Assembly: GCF_004010195.1 (NCBI RefSeq)
Contig: NC_057719.1
Coordinates: 12,927,727 to 12,991,726, forward strand
Length of the DNA stretch: 64,000 nucleotides
DNA from: Chiloscyllium plagiosum
Lineage: Eukaryota
Reading direction: 5' to 3'
Shown: positions 49,611 to 63,433 of the stretch, in pieces
Position numbering within the stretch: position 1 is the first letter of the stretch
How the letters are laid out: each line of letters opens with the position of its first letter
Position numbers and translations under genes: made by a program
The notes under the pieces: generated by a model
Told to the model about the DNA's origin: nothing
The model's input: the letters and a program-made list of their open reading frames with translations, nothing else
Database searches by the model: none

Positions 49611-52113
49611 CGGCAAAAGTGAGGACTGCAGATGCTGGAGATCAGAGTCTAGCTTAGAGTGGTGCTGTAAAAGCACAGCAGATCAGGCAGCATCTGAGGA
49701 GCAGGAAAATCAATGTTTTGGGCAGAAGCCCTTCATCAGGAATGAGGCAGGGCTCTCTGGGGTGGAGGGATAAATGGGAGGACGGTGGGGCTGGGGAGAA
49801 GGTAGCTGAGAGTGCAATAGATGGATGGAGATGGGGATGAAGGTGATAGGTCGGAGAAGAGGGTGGAGCGGATAGATGGGAAGGAAGATTGGCAGGTAGC
49901 ACAGGTCATGAGGATGGTGCTGAGCTGGCAGGTTGGAACTGGAGTAGGGTGGGGGAGGGGAAATAAGGAATCTGGTGAAGTCCACATTGATGTCCTGGGT
50001 CCATTATATCCCAGACAATACACAACCACATCACCTCACCACACCATCACCCCCCAGACCATACACAACCTCATCGCCTCACCATCACCTCCCAGACCAT
50101 ACACAACCTCATCACCTCACCAGACCATCACCTCCCATAACATATACAACCTCATCACCTCAGCAAACCATCACCTCCCAGACCATACACAACCTCATCA
50201 CATCAGGAAATTTCCCACGCACAGCTTCTAACTTCATTGTCTGGGAACCCTGCACCGCCCGATTCTACCCCGTTCCCAAGATCCACAAACCTGACCACCC
50301 TGGCCGACCCATTGTCTCAGCCTGCTCCTGCCCTACTGAACTCATCCCTACCTACCTTGATACTGTTCTATTCCCCCCCCCAGTCCAGAAACTCTCCACA
50401 TACGTTTGAGACATCACCCACGCCCTCCAACTCCTCCAAGACTTCCGTTTCCCCGGCCCCTAACGCCTCATCTTTATCATGGACATCCAATCCCTCTACA
50501 CCTCCATCCGCTATGACCAGGGCCTCTAAACCCTCCGTTTCTTCCTTTCCCGACGCCCCCACCAATACTCTTCCACCGACACTCTCATTCGTTTGGCTGA
50601 ACTGGTCCTCACCCTTAACAATTTCTCCTTCGAATCCTCCCACTTCCTCCAGACCAAAGGGCACCCATATGGGCCCCAGCTATGCCTGTCTTTTTGTCGG
50701 CTACGTAGAACAGTCCATCTTCTGTAGTTACGCCACCACTACTCCCCACCTCTTCCTCTGCTACACTGATGACTGCATCGGCGCCACCTTGTGTTCCCCC
50801 AAGGAGGTTGAGCAGTTCATCAACTTCACCAACACATTCCACCCCAACCTCAAATTCACCTGGACCATCTCTGACACCTCCGTCCCCTTCCTGGACCTCT
50901 CCATCTCCATCAATGACGACCGACTTTACACTGATGTTTTTTTACAAACCCACTAACTCCCACAGCTACCTGGATTACACCGCTTCCCACCCTACCTCCT
51001 GCAAAAATGCTATCCATATTCCCAATTCCTCCTCTTCCGCCGTATCTGCTCCCAGGAGGACCAGTTCCACCACAGAACACACCAGATGGCCTCCTCCTTT
51101 AAACACTGTAAGTTCTCTTCCCATGTGGTTGAAGATGCCCTCCAAGGCATCTCATCCACGTCCCTCTCCAATGCCCTCAAACCCCACCCTTCCAACCCAA
51201 CAAGGACAGAACCCCCCTGATCCTTGCCTTCCACTGTACCAACCTTCGCATAAACCGCATCATCCGCCGACATTTCCGCCACCTCCAAACGGACCCCCAC
51301 CACCAGAGATATATTTCCCTTCCCATCCCTTCCCGCTTTCCACAAAGACCGTTCCCTCCATGCCCCCAACAATCCATCCTACCCTCCTGGCACCTTCCCC
51401 TGCCACCGCAGGAATTGCAAAACCTGCGCCCACACCTCCCCCCTCACCTCCATCCAAGGCCCCAGAGGAGCCTTCCACATCCATCACAGTTTCACCTGCA
51501 CATCCACCAATGTCATTTATTGTATCCGTTGCTCCCGATGCAGTCTCCTCTACATTGGGGAACCTGGATGCCTTTTCGCTGAGCACTTTAGGGAAATCTC
51601 CGGGACACCTGCACCAATCAACCCCACCGCCCCTTGGCCGAACATCTCAACTCCTCCTCCCACTCTGCCGAGGATATGCAGGTCCTGGGCCTCCTCCATC
51701 GCCACTCCCTCACCACCTGACGCCAGGAGGAAGAATGCCTCATCTTCCGCCTTCAACACTTCAACCCCAGGGGATCAATGTGGGCTTCACCAGTTTCCAC
51801 ATTTCCCTTCTCCCCACCTTACCCCAGTTCCAACCTGCCAGCTCAGCACCATCCTCATGACCTGTCCTATCTGCCAATCTATCTTCCCACTTACCCACCC
51901 CCCGTCTCTGACCTATTACCTTCATCCCCATCTCCGTCTACCTATTGTACACTTGGCTACTTTCTTCCCAGCCCCACCCCTCCTCCCATTTATCTCTCCA
52001 CCCCAGATGCTCCCTGCCTCATTCCTGATGAAGGGCTTTTGCATGAAACGTTGATTTTCCTGCTCCTCGGATGCTGCCTGACCTGCTATGCTTTTCCAGC
52101 ACCACTCTAATCT
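49611..52113 (+). mobile_element. 5'-truncated Penelope-like retroelement (Neptune-type), disrupted RT + GIY-YIG, inverted pLTR
   Basis: Frameshifted motifs PKIHK..GRPIVS, MDIQSLYTSI, MGPSYACLFVG, YTDDCIG, FLDLSI, YKPT..SYLDY; Cys-rich CHRRNCKTC linker; NVIYCIRCSRC..YIGE. 49611-49995 is an inverted copy of the 3' end; near-perfect 17-bp TSD agactcagaatt(tc/tt)act at 49594-49610 and 52114-52130. Confidence 0.88.
50008..50205 (+). repeat. tandem repeat, ~38-43-bp unit x5, at the PLE inversion junction
   Basis: cccagaccatacacaacctcatcacctca..ccatcacct repeated. Confidence 0.85.
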
Positions 52114-52179
52114 AGACTCAGAATTTTACTTCTATATCATGGTCTGTCACTGCCACGACAGTTTCTCCCTATGTACATT

Positions 52180-53475
52180 GTCTATAACCCAATGTGTAAT
52201 CCTTCATTTTGGGAGGAAGAATGAAAAAACTGAACTGTACTATCTAGTGATGAGCTTTGAAATGCAAAGGAAGCTGAGTTTCCCAGTACATGAATTACAA
52301 AACGTTAGTATGCAGGTACAGCAAGAAATTAGGAAAGCTAGGAATTTGGGAGTGATGTCATTTTTTTGTAAGGGGAATTGTATGCAAAAGTAGAATGGTT
52401 TTGCTGTGCTGAGACAAGGCACTGGTGAGACCACATCTGGAGAACAGGGTACAGTACTGATCACTTTGTGCAGACGCAGCAGGTGGTAAAGAAGGCAAAT
52501 GGTATGTTGGCCTTCGTTGCTTGAGGTTTCGAGTACAGGAGCAGGGATGTGTTGTTGCAGTTATACCGGGCCTTGGTGATGCCACACCGAGAATATTGTG
52601 TGTAGTTTTGGTCTCCTTTTCTGAGGAAGGATGCTCTTGAGGGAGTGTAGCGAGGGTTTCCCAGCCTGATTCCAGGGATGGTGGGACTGACCTATGAGGA
52701 GAGATTGACTGGGTTAGGATTGTTTTCACTGGAGTTCAGGCAAGTGAGGGAGGATCTCATCGAGACTTATAAAATTGCAACAGAGCTAGAGAAAATAGTT
52801 ACAAGGAGTATGTTTCCGATGACAGGTCCAAATCAAGGGTCACAGCCTGAGGATTCAGAGTGGACTATTTAGGACGGAGATGAGGAGACATTTCTTCACC
52901 CAGAGAGTGATGAGCCTGTGGAATTCATTACCACAGGAAGTAGTTGATGCCAAAACATTGAATGTATTCAAGAGGCAGCTGTATATAGCACTTGGGGTGA
53001 ATGAGATCAAAGGATATTGGGAGAAAGCAGGATTAGGCTATTGAGTTGGATGATCAGCCAGAATTGTGATGAATGGTGGGGCAGGCTGGAAGGGCCTCCT
53101 CCTGCTCCTATCTTCTATGTTTCTGTGTTATTCAAGAAAGGACGTAAATGCATTGGAAGCAGTTCAGGTAGGTTTTCTGAAATGAATGGGTTGACTTTTG
53201 ATGAAAGATTGAACAGGCCAAGCTCCTAGCTGCTGTATTTTAGCAAAGTAGATGACTTAATTGAAAAAGTAAGTTCCTGCGGGGTCTTGACAAGGTAGTT
53301 GTGGGGAGGATGTTTCCTCTTATAGCAGAATCTAGAACGAAGGCGTCAATGTTTAAAAATCAGGGATCACTGATTTAAAATAGATGAGTTGAACGGTTTT
53401 CTCTCGGAGGGTTGTGAGACTTTGGAACTCTTTTCCTGAAAGATTGGGGGAAGGTAGAGTCCTTAAATATTTTGC
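52180..53475 (+). mobile_element. nested CR1 fragments
   Basis: LTYEERLTGLGLFSLE..DLIETYKI and CR1 tails. Confidence 0.7.
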
Positions 53476-56400
53476 AGGTAGCCCCACAGTGGTGGAACAG
53501 TGTTTCAGTGGTTAACACTGCTGTCTCACAGTGCCAGTGACCCAGGTTTGATTCCAGCCTTGGGCAATTGTGTGGCATTTGTACATTCTCCCTGTGTCTG
53601 TGTGGGTTTTCACTGAGTGCTCTGGTTTCCTCCCACGGTCCAAAGTTTAGGTGGATATATGGGTATTGGGTTGGGTCTGGCCGTGATGCAGTTTGGAAGG
53701 TCAGTGCAGGCTTGATGGGCCAAATAGCTTCTTTCTGCATTGCAGAAATTCTTGTTAAGCAAGGGAGGGGGTTGAAGGGTTGTTGTGGTAGACAGGAGAA
53801 AGTGAGGACTGCAGATGCTGGAGATCAGAGTCGAGAGTGTGGTGCTGGAAAAGCACAGCCGGTCAGGCAGCATTGAGGAGCAGGAGAGTTGACGTTTCGA
53901 GCATAATGTGAATTTGAGGTTACCATCACAACATCAGTGAAGTTGTTGTATAACCTACCATTTCTTGATCACATAATGTTACATTGCACACCAAGAATAA
54001 AGACACCAGACTTGACTGACATTCTTTGGTTGTTGCCCAAAACATCGATTTTCCTGCAGCTGGGATGCTGCCTGACCTGCTGTGCTTTTCCAGCACCACT
54101 CTAACCTTGACTCTCATCTCCAGCATCTGCAGTACCCACTTCTGCCTGCCTGACATGCTTTACTGTTGTTAGCACTTCTTTTACACAATTCCCTACTTCC
54201 TCCTGTTGGGGCAGCAGAAGAGGTAGGCATTGACATGGAGGAGAATGAGAAAACGCGTCAGGATTTGGAGGGGATGGATCAAGGAGAGTGGAAGAATAAA
54301 AAAATGCAGGACAGAAAGGATGAAGGAGACTGGGAAAACAGGAGTTAGAATATGTTGTGGGAAAGTTGGACTGCAAAATGAGATTTGGGGAAAGTGGTGA
54401 ATGGTAGATCAGAGAGACAGTGAGGAACGAAGTGGTTGGGGAGAGTAGGGGATGGGGTTAGGAGTGAGGGAGGAATGGGTCAGGGAGAATTGGCTTGGGA
54501 GTCAGGAAGGATAAAGAGATGGGAGGGGTGGGAATTGAGATCAGTAGAACAGAATAATGTATTTTATATGAATTGAGGAAAGAGGATTGTGAGTATGAGT
54601 GAAGGAGACGGGAAATGGTGTCTTTGGTGCCTTTGATAACCACGATGCTCCAATGATAGTGCAATCACTGTTGAATGATAGGAAATGTAATTGTCAATTT
54701 GCACACTGTACAAAGAGCCAACAATCCGCAATAATATTTTATTAGATAATCTGTTTCAACCAGTAACCAGTACACTGGCTGTTCACAACAGTGGGATAGG
54801 ATCATTTATGTTTACCTGAGATGACTGATGTGGTCTCGTTTTAACAAATAACAAATAAAAATATCTTTCCCAACAGTGCAACACTCTACTGTATCAGTCT
54901 AGATTTCGAACTCAAGTCTTTAGAATAGGATTATAACAATAATTTGCTGCTGGAGAGGCAGGTATGTTACCAACTGAGGAGGAAGTGAGGACTGCATATG
55001 AGGGCATCCTGATGAAGGACTTATGCCTGAAACATCGATTTTCCTGCTCCTCGGATGCTGCCTGACCTGCTGTGCTTTTCCAGCACCACACTCTCGACCA
55101 TGTTATCAACTGAGCCTTAGAAATATGTAGAAAATTTGTCCCCAATTAGAAGCCACATTTAGAATAAACAGGGAGGTAAGGGTGGTGGCAAGAAAAGGTT
55201 TCTAAATGTCTGAGACAGGATCTATTTTTCCTCATGAGGTCTCCTCATGTGCGAGTCTTTATGGTACATGGCTGGTGATCACTATATGCACCTTACAGAT
55301 TCATTAAGGCCTGGTAAATGGTGGTCCTAATTGCTGTATACCAAGTTTACTTTGGCAATACTGCAGGGTCAAGAGTATCAGGAGCTGTGGCAAGACATTT
55401 CATGACAACAACAACTTGCATTTATGTAGAGCTGACAGAGACATTAGCAAAAGCCATTCGACACAGAGCCACATAAAGCGATATTAGGGCAGATGAACAA
55501 AAGCTGGCAATGGAGGCCAGAGAGGTAGAGATGGTACGGGAGGGAATTCCTGAGCTTAGAACCCAGACAAATGACTGATTAAAATCAGGAGACCAGAACT
55601 GGCAGAGATCTGGGAGGGTTTGGAGCAGGTTATACAGATAGAGACAAAAAGAGTTCAGGGAGGGACGGAAATTTGATATAAAAATAGAAATGTGGACCAA
55701 AGGGTCTGTTTCTGTGCTGTACATCTCTATGACTGTAAATTGCTGGAGAAATGCAGCAGGACTGGCAGCATCTGTGGAGAGAAAGCTGAGTTAACATTTC
55801 CTGTCCACTGACCCTTCTTTACTCGCAAGCACTTTTCACAGCTATTTTTGTTTTGTTTCGGGTCTTCAGCATGTGCAGTTCTTTGTTTTATTTTATGGAA
55901 ACAATATAATGGAGTTATTACTGCACTGGGAACCAAAGTGTAAGATTTGTGAGTTAAGGTGTGTACAATATGGAAGCACTTCAAATGGTGACATAACAGG
56001 CTGGGCTCAATCTTGTTCTGCACTCTCTTTAAATTTCATCTTTCTCCTTTCCCCTCAACATTTCCATCCCTCCCCCCCCACCTCCTCCCAACACTTCATT
56101 CCAGTTTCCCCCTTAATTCCCCTTCCCTGGCACTAACCTGACCCCACCCTGCAGCGGTTGGGGGCCTATGAATGATACATTTTTGCTTATTTTATTTCTG
56201 GAGGATGCAATGGCTATTGTAATGAGAGACAAAAGGAACATTTTTGCGCAAGTAAAAAGCAAACACCTGCTGTGAAAATCCATCAAGTGTATAATAGCTC
56301 CCTGTTTGTCCAGGGAGGCCTCACACTGCCAAGATCATGAACAAAGCTGCATATCAACACACTGGGGCCGGGATCTTTTCTCAATTCTAAACCCCTGCCT

Positions 56401-57549
56401 CTACTCTTTGAAGCACTGCATGAGCCAGACTCCCGGAGCCGGTCCGACCTGCCAGCAATCTGCATCTTTTATAACCCGTCCTCATCTCACATCAGAAATG
56501 ATCTCCTTGTGTCCAAGTCCTGTGTACTGCAGATGGAGGAGGGGAGGGATGAGGAAGGGGGCGGTGTATTTAATGCCTAGGTGACAATGCAAGGACAGGA
56601 AATCTTTGATCTTGACTCTGCACTGAGAAGACTCGGGGCCAAGGTGTAAACCTTGATAAGGGCTGAATTGCCCAAATTCCTGATAAAATCCAAACAGCTT
56701 TGATTCAGGGATTAATGAGGAATGTGTAATTGTGTGTGTGTGCAAATGTGAACAATACCAACAAAAAGCAAGCAGAAATGCACTGAAGATTTTCTTTAAA
56801 TCAAAATTTGTTGTTCTGAACAAAATTTGGAAAGCTGATGGTCAGTTTTAAGTTCTTTTTCAGACATAGATGAGGCCACTGAACCCCTCAAGCATGTTTT
56901 GTTCTCCTCTCACTCCAGAGGTGATTGATGACCCAACTCCAGAAACGCAATATCAATTCAAGACACTGAGGCTGCCCTGCAATTTCCCTTCAGCTGAGGA
57001 ACTAACAGCTCAGTTGTGAGCCGTTTTCATACTTGCTGAGTTTAATCCACTGGCTGTGCGCAACTTTCTATGCGGTTTCCGCACGTCCAGGACAAGGTCT
57101 ATATAACAATCATTGCTTCTTTGTAAATCTGTTCTCTGGAATATCCAAAGTGTACATTCAGTGTCAAGCCTCGGTTACCTATGTGCAAGAATTTTTCACA
57201 AGAACTTTCAACGGCCAAAAATGTGTTTAATGAATCAGCTAAAATAAAAATTGTTTAAAGAAAACACATGGACTGGGCACATGATGCCATAAATAGTTTT
57301 GAGATGGTTAGGCCACTTTTGGAGTACTGCATTCAATTCTGCTCTCCCTGCTGTAGGAAAGATGTTGTTAAACTTCAAGGGGTGCAGAAAAGATTTGCAA
57401 GGATATTGCCGAGGTTGGAGGGTTTGAGCTATCGGGAAAGGCTGAATAAGCTGTATAGGGTATTTTTCCCCTGGTCCATTGGAGGCTGAGGGGTAACTTT
57501 ATAGAGGTTTATAAAATCATGAGGGGCATGGATTTGTTGAATAGCCAAG

Positions 57550-57731
57550 ATTTGGAGATGTCAGTGTTGGACTGGGTTGTACAAAATTAAAAATCACACA
57601 ACACCAGGTTATAGTCCAACAGGTTTAATTGGAAGCACACTACCACCTGATGAAGGAGCGTCGCTCCGAAAGCTAGTGTGCTTCCAATTAAACCTGTTGG
57701 ACTATAACCTGGTGTTGTGTGATTTTTAACT
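57550..57731. mobile_element. palindromic non-autonomous hammerhead-bearing element with 13-bp TSD, inserted in a CR1 relic
   Basis: TSD ttgaatagccaag at 57537-57549 and 57732-57744; ~54-bp inverted arms around the hammerhead motif. Relatives at ~10350-10575, 14405-14620, 37910-38150, 41275-41365, 48630-48845. Confidence 0.8.
57647..57675 (+). ncRNA. minimal hammerhead ribozyme motif in a hairpin mini-element
   Basis: CTGATGA-A-GGAGC-GTC-GCTCC-GAAA-GCTA with cac/gtg stem I. Confidence 0.6.
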
Positions 57732-58669
57732 TTGAATAGCCAAGGTCTTTTCCCCAGGATATGCGAGTCCAAAACTAGAGGGCATAGGTTTAAGGTGAGA
57801 GGGGAGAGATTTAAAAGGGAACCCAACAGGCAACTCATAGAGTGGTGCTTGTATGGAATGAGGAAGTAGTAAAGGCTGGTACAATTATAACATTTAAAGG
57901 ACAACTAGATGAGTACATGAATAAGGAGGGTTTAGAGGGATATGGGAAAAGTGCTGACAAATGATACTGGATTAATTTATGCTTTTCTGGTTGACATGGA
58001 TGAGTTGGGCTGAAGGGTCTATTTCCGTGCTGTTCAATTCTATGATTCTGTGTCGAGTACCAAGTGCCTCAGGACTGATAGTGAGAGTAATATTAAATCC
58101 ATACCAGTCGTTAGTGAGAAGATAGTGAGGACTGCAGATGCTGGAGAGTCAGAATCGGTAAAGTGTGGCGCTAGCAAAAGCATAGCAGTCAGGCAGCATC
58201 CGAGGAGTAGGAGAGTTGTGTTTCAGGCAGGATCCTTTATCAGGACTTCGTCAGACATAAGTTAAGCTGGAATTGGTTGTCCTACTTAAGGAATGTACAA
58301 TGGAGATTCACAAAGATGATCTCGGATCATAGCTATAGCTTTAGTCATAGAATTGTAGAATTATGTTGTACAGAAGGAAAGCATTTGGCCCATGTGCCTG
58401 ATAGAACAATCTAATAATTTCACTCGTGTTACTCGTTATCCATAAATTTCCTCTTCAGGAATTTATTCAATCTTCTTTTGAAAGTCATTATCAAATTTGC
58501 ATTTTCACTTGTCTTTAACATGTCCAGTTCAGTTTCTGGCCAGCAGTAAACCCTATTGATAGCAGGGATTTTGTCATAATAATGCCATTGCACAATGGTT
58601 AGATTCTCACTTGTTAAAGGTGGTCATTGCTTGGCTCCTGTGTGGTACAATTATTACTTGCCACTTGCT

Positions 58670-59285
58670 TCTGATACGGTCTCCTCTACATTGTGAAGAC
58701 AGGACGCCTACTTGCATAGTGCTTCAGAGAACATCTCCAGGACACCCACACCAACCAACCCCACCGCCCCGTGGCCGAACACTTCAACTCCCCCTCCCAC
58801 TCTGCCATGAAAATGCAGGTCCTGGGCCTCCTCCATCGCCACTCCCTAACCATCCAACCCCTGGAGGAAGAACGCCTCATCTTCTGCCTCGGGACCCTCC
58901 AACCACATGGCATCAATGTGGATTTCACCAGTTTCCTCATTTCCCCTCCCCCCACCTTGTCCCAGTTCTAACCTTCCAACTTGGCACCACCTTCATGACC
59001 TGTCCTATCTGTCCATCTTCCACTTATGCGCTCCACACTCCTCTCCCACCTACCGCCATTACTCCCACCTACATCTACCCATTGTACTCTCAGCTACCTT
59101 CCCCCCAGCCACAACCCCTTCCCATTTATCTCACCGCCATCTCAGCTCACAGCCTCATTCTTGATGAAGGGCTTTTGCCTGAAACATCAATTCTCCTGCT
59201 CCTCAGATGCTGCCTGACCTACTGTGCTTTTCCAGCACCACACTCTCCAGTCTAATCTCCAGCATTTGCAGTCCTCACTTTTGCC
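58670..59285 (+). mobile_element. Neptune-type PLE 3' fragment
   Basis: Similar to 51540-52110: VAEHFNSPSHS..MQVLGLLH..EERLIFCLGTLQPHGINVDF, then a pLTR with a degenerate hammerhead motif. Confidence 0.8.
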
Positions 59286-62200
59286 TATTACTTGCTGCTT
59301 CTCTTCCCAAACCTTGATATTATGCAGGCCTTGGTGCACTTAAATATAGACTGCTTCAATATCTGAGTACTTGTGAACGGTACAGAACATTGTACAATCA
59401 TGCATGGACATCCCCACTTCTGACCTTCTGGTGGTGGATGGTCATTGATGAAGCAGCTGAATGTGGTTGGGCCTTGAGAACCACCTTAAGGAACTCCTGC
59501 AGAATGTCCTGGAGCTGAGATGAATGACTTCCTACAACCACGACTATCTCCCTTTGTGCCAGGTATTGCTCCAACAAGCAGAGAAATTCCCTCATTCTCA
59601 TTGATTCCAGGTTTGCTCGGGCACCTCACTGACACACTTGATCAAATATCAAAGTCAGTCATTCTCACCTCCACTAGGAACATAAGAACAAGAGTAGGCT
59701 ATTCGGTCCCTTAAGACAGTTTCACCATTCAATGAGATCATGCCTGATCTGTGAACTAACTGCATACACCCGCTTTTGGCCCAAAACCTTAATACCTTGG
59801 TTTCACAATTATCAATTTCAGATTTAATACTTTCAACTGATCCTGCATCCGCTGCTATTTGTGGAAGAGAGTTCCAAACATCTGCCGCTGCTTATGTGAA
59901 GAAGTGCTTCCTAACATCTCTCCTGAACAATCTGATCCTAATTCTCAGAATTTGCCCCTTAGTTCTCGAATCTCAGGATTTCAGCTCTTTTGTCCATTTT
60001 TGAACCAGTGCGGTCAATGTGTCCAGGGTGGAACCCAAACTGAACATCAGTGAGCTGGTCATTTCTAAGTCGATGCAGCTTATTGTATACAAGACTTATC
60101 AAAGCAATTTTCCATATTGTTGAGTAGATGCCAGTGTAGCTGTATTGGAAGAGCATGGCTAAAGCTGTGATAAGTTGTGGAGTACATATCCTTAGTACTT
60201 TTGCCAGTCTGTTGCCAGGGCCCAATCTCTTCAATTGTATCCATTGTCTTCAGCCAATTTTTTATTACACGTGGAGTGAATTGAGTTGGCAGAAGACTGG
60301 CATCGGTGATGCAGGGTCCCTCGGGAGGAGGCCAAGACGGATCACCTACATGGCTGTTCTGGCTGAAGATTGTTGTGAATGCTTCAGTCTTAACTTTTGG
60401 ACTGATGTGTTGGGCTCTTCCATCATTGTGGATAGGGATATTTGTGGAGCCTCCTCTTCCAATGAGCTGTACAAGTCCAGAGAATGACAGTGGCTGAGTG
60501 AAAGTTGAAGGAGGAGGCAACAAAGCCAGGACGAGGTGGACATGGCTCCACCCTGAGCAAGGGTTTCCCAGTGAGCGAGAAGCAGACCCCGAACTGATTC
60601 CGTTAGCCTGGACCCGCAGGCTGAGCTGAGGCTCCAGGTCCGCAGCGAGGCCTGGAGTACCAGAAGAAGTGGCAGTGTTGGTGGAGGGTTCTGTGGTGGG
60701 CCCCAGTGCCCGATGGCTGGTGGCAGCATTTCGTTACAAAAGACCAGCTATACCTTGCAATTTATTCATTGATTCAAGATGATGCTGGAGCGTGGCCACA
60801 CTTTGTACTTTTCACTGTATGTTTATACACACATGACAATAAATTTAATCTAAATCTGTTTTAATTGTGTACTGCCATTGACTACTGGATGTTGCAGCAC
60901 TACTGATCTAGCCCTGTCATGCTTGCTGTTTCTGCTGTTTGCCACATAAATAATCTGTACTACTCGTCTCTGCACAAGTACTTGCAGCTTCATCAGGTTG
61001 GGACCTCATTTTTTGATACGCCTGATGCTGCTCCTGGCAAGTTCTGTCAGAATACTATCAACACATTGCTGCTTAATTTTTGTTCAAAGAATCATAGAAT
61101 TGTAATAAAGCAGTGGGAGGCCAGACAGCCTCCCACTGAACTGGAGCTTCAAATGAGAATTATGACTTAGTCCCATTCTCCTACATTCTCCCTGAATCCT
61201 ACATATTCATCCTTTTCAAATAAAAAAAAATTCCCTTTTGGTGTTTCAATGAATACTGCCTCCAGCACATTGTTGGTCAGTGCTTCCAGAACCTAACCAC
61301 TTTCTGGGTGAAAATGTTTTTTGCTGATATCACGTTTGCTTTTTTTGCCAATTACTTTAAGCTTATGCCATCTCATTCTCCGTCTTTTCATGAATGGGAG
61401 CAGTTTTTCCCCTCTTCCCAACTCAATGCCCTGAAGCATCATTGGTGGAATCGGAATCAAAGGGCAATGGGAGACACAAAAGAGAGTTTTTTTTCTTAAA
61501 AAGACCTGGAGGAATGGTGGGGAATATGATGCAATAATACATAGCTCATCAGTGGTGAAGTTCAGCAAAATAAAATGTTAACTCTGTTCCTGTCTGTCTG
61601 CTCAGGTGCTGTCAGACCTGTTGAGGTTTTTCTCAACATTGTCTTGATTTCAGATTTCCAGCATCCACAGCATTTTGCATTTGGATCTTCAAATGAGATG
61701 ATCCTAATTATGAGGGGTCTTCACAGAATGAAATGAAGTACCTATTTCCTGTAACCGAGTGTTAATAATCAGGCAGACACGAATTTAAAGTCACTGGTGG
61801 AAGGATGACAAGAAAGCTGAGGTGTTGATTTTTCAACTTGAGGGTGTGGAAATTCCTGCACAAAAGGATGGCATTCTGCAGTTTTCTGCTTCTGCAGAAA
61901 CCTAAATAAACACTTGGAAATACACTCAGAAGCTGGAGCCCACAGGTCTAAAGTCCAGAAGGCGGAAGAGTGGGATTTGTCTGGCTGACACAGAACTGAA
62001 TGATATCCTTCTATGCCGTAAATGTTTCCAAGTGGAATCATGGTGAGGTGTCTGGAGAGCTGGTGAGAGACCTTTTCCAGGGAAGGATTATGGAACCTCA
62101 CTCCAATCAGACAGTGGTCACACCACTGGAGACTAAAAGTGTGTTGCTGGAAAAGCCCAGCAGGTCAGGCAGCATCAAAGGAGCAGGAGAATTGACGTTT

Positions 62201-62518
62201 CGGGCATAAGCCCTTCTTCGAACCACTGGAGACTCAAGCCCTGGCTGCTGAGAGCTGCTGGCCAAACAAAGACCATTGTTCAGCAATGCCATGGAGGAGG
62301 GAAGGGTCACTCCCAGATTCCAAGGATCACAGATGTTGCAGATCAAAGATACGTGATTGGGAGTTGGGGCGAAGAGGAAGAGAGGGTTCTCTGGTTTCAG
62401 GTCATGGGAAAGGGTGACGGAAGGTTCAGAAGGAAGCAAAGGAAGTTGCCATCTAGCCCCCTCCATGATGTCCAAGGGACCTCTTACACTTTTCCCAGCT
62501 CTGAGGTGACAAGCTGTC

Positions 62519-63433
62519 ATATAGTCATAGATGTATACAGCATGGAAACAGACCCTTGGGTCTAACTCATCCATGCCGACCAGATATCCCAACCCAATCT
62601 AGTCCCACTTGCCAGCACCCGGCCCATATCCCACCAAATCCTTCCTATTCATATACCCATCCAGATGCCTTTTAACTGTTGCAATTGTACCAGCCTGCAC
62701 CACTTCCTCTGGCAGCTCGTTCCATACACATTCCACCCTCTGCATGAAAATGTTGCCCCTTAGGTCTCTTTTATATCTTTCCCCTCTCACCCTAAACCTA
62801 TGTCATCTAGTTGTGGACTCCCCCACCCTAGGGAAAAGACATTGTCTGTTTATCCTATCCATGCCCCTCATGATTTTAAAAAGCTCTATAAGGTCACCCC
62901 TCAGCCTTTAACGCTCCAGGGAATACAGCCATACCCTATTCAATCTCTCCCTATAGCTCAAATAATCTAACCCTCGCAATAGTCTTGTAAATCTTTTCTG
63001 AACTCTTTCAAGTTTCACAACATCTTTCCGATAAGAGGGAGACCAGAATTGCATGCAATATTCCAACAGTGGCCTAACCAATGTCCTGTACAGCCGCAAC
63101 ATGACCTCCCAACTCCTGCACTCAGTACTCTGACCAATAAAGGAAAGCATACCAAACGCCTTCTTCACTATCCTATCTACCTGCGACTCCACTTTCAAGA
63201 AGCTATGAACCTGTACTCCAAGGTCTATATGTTCAGCAAAACTCCCTAAGACCTTACATTAAGTGTATAAGTCCTGCTCTGATTTGCTTTCCCAAAATGC
63301 AGCACCTCGCATTTATCTAAATTAAACTCCATCTGGCACCTCTTAGCCCATTGGCCCATCTGATCAAGATCCCATTGTAATCTGAGGTAACCCTCTTCGC
63401 TGTCCACCAAACTTCCAATTTTGGTGGGTGTCC
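62519..63433 (-). mobile_element. CR1 LINE 3' fragment
   Basis: LYRTLVRPLLEYCMQFWSP..LERVQKRFTR and a CR1 3' UTR on minus. Confidence 0.9.

Noticed and set aside
50769..51860. 363-aa Pro/Ser-rich ORF and overlapping 239-aa ORF
   Set aside because: Mostly alternative frames of the C-rich, frameshifted Penelope-like element.
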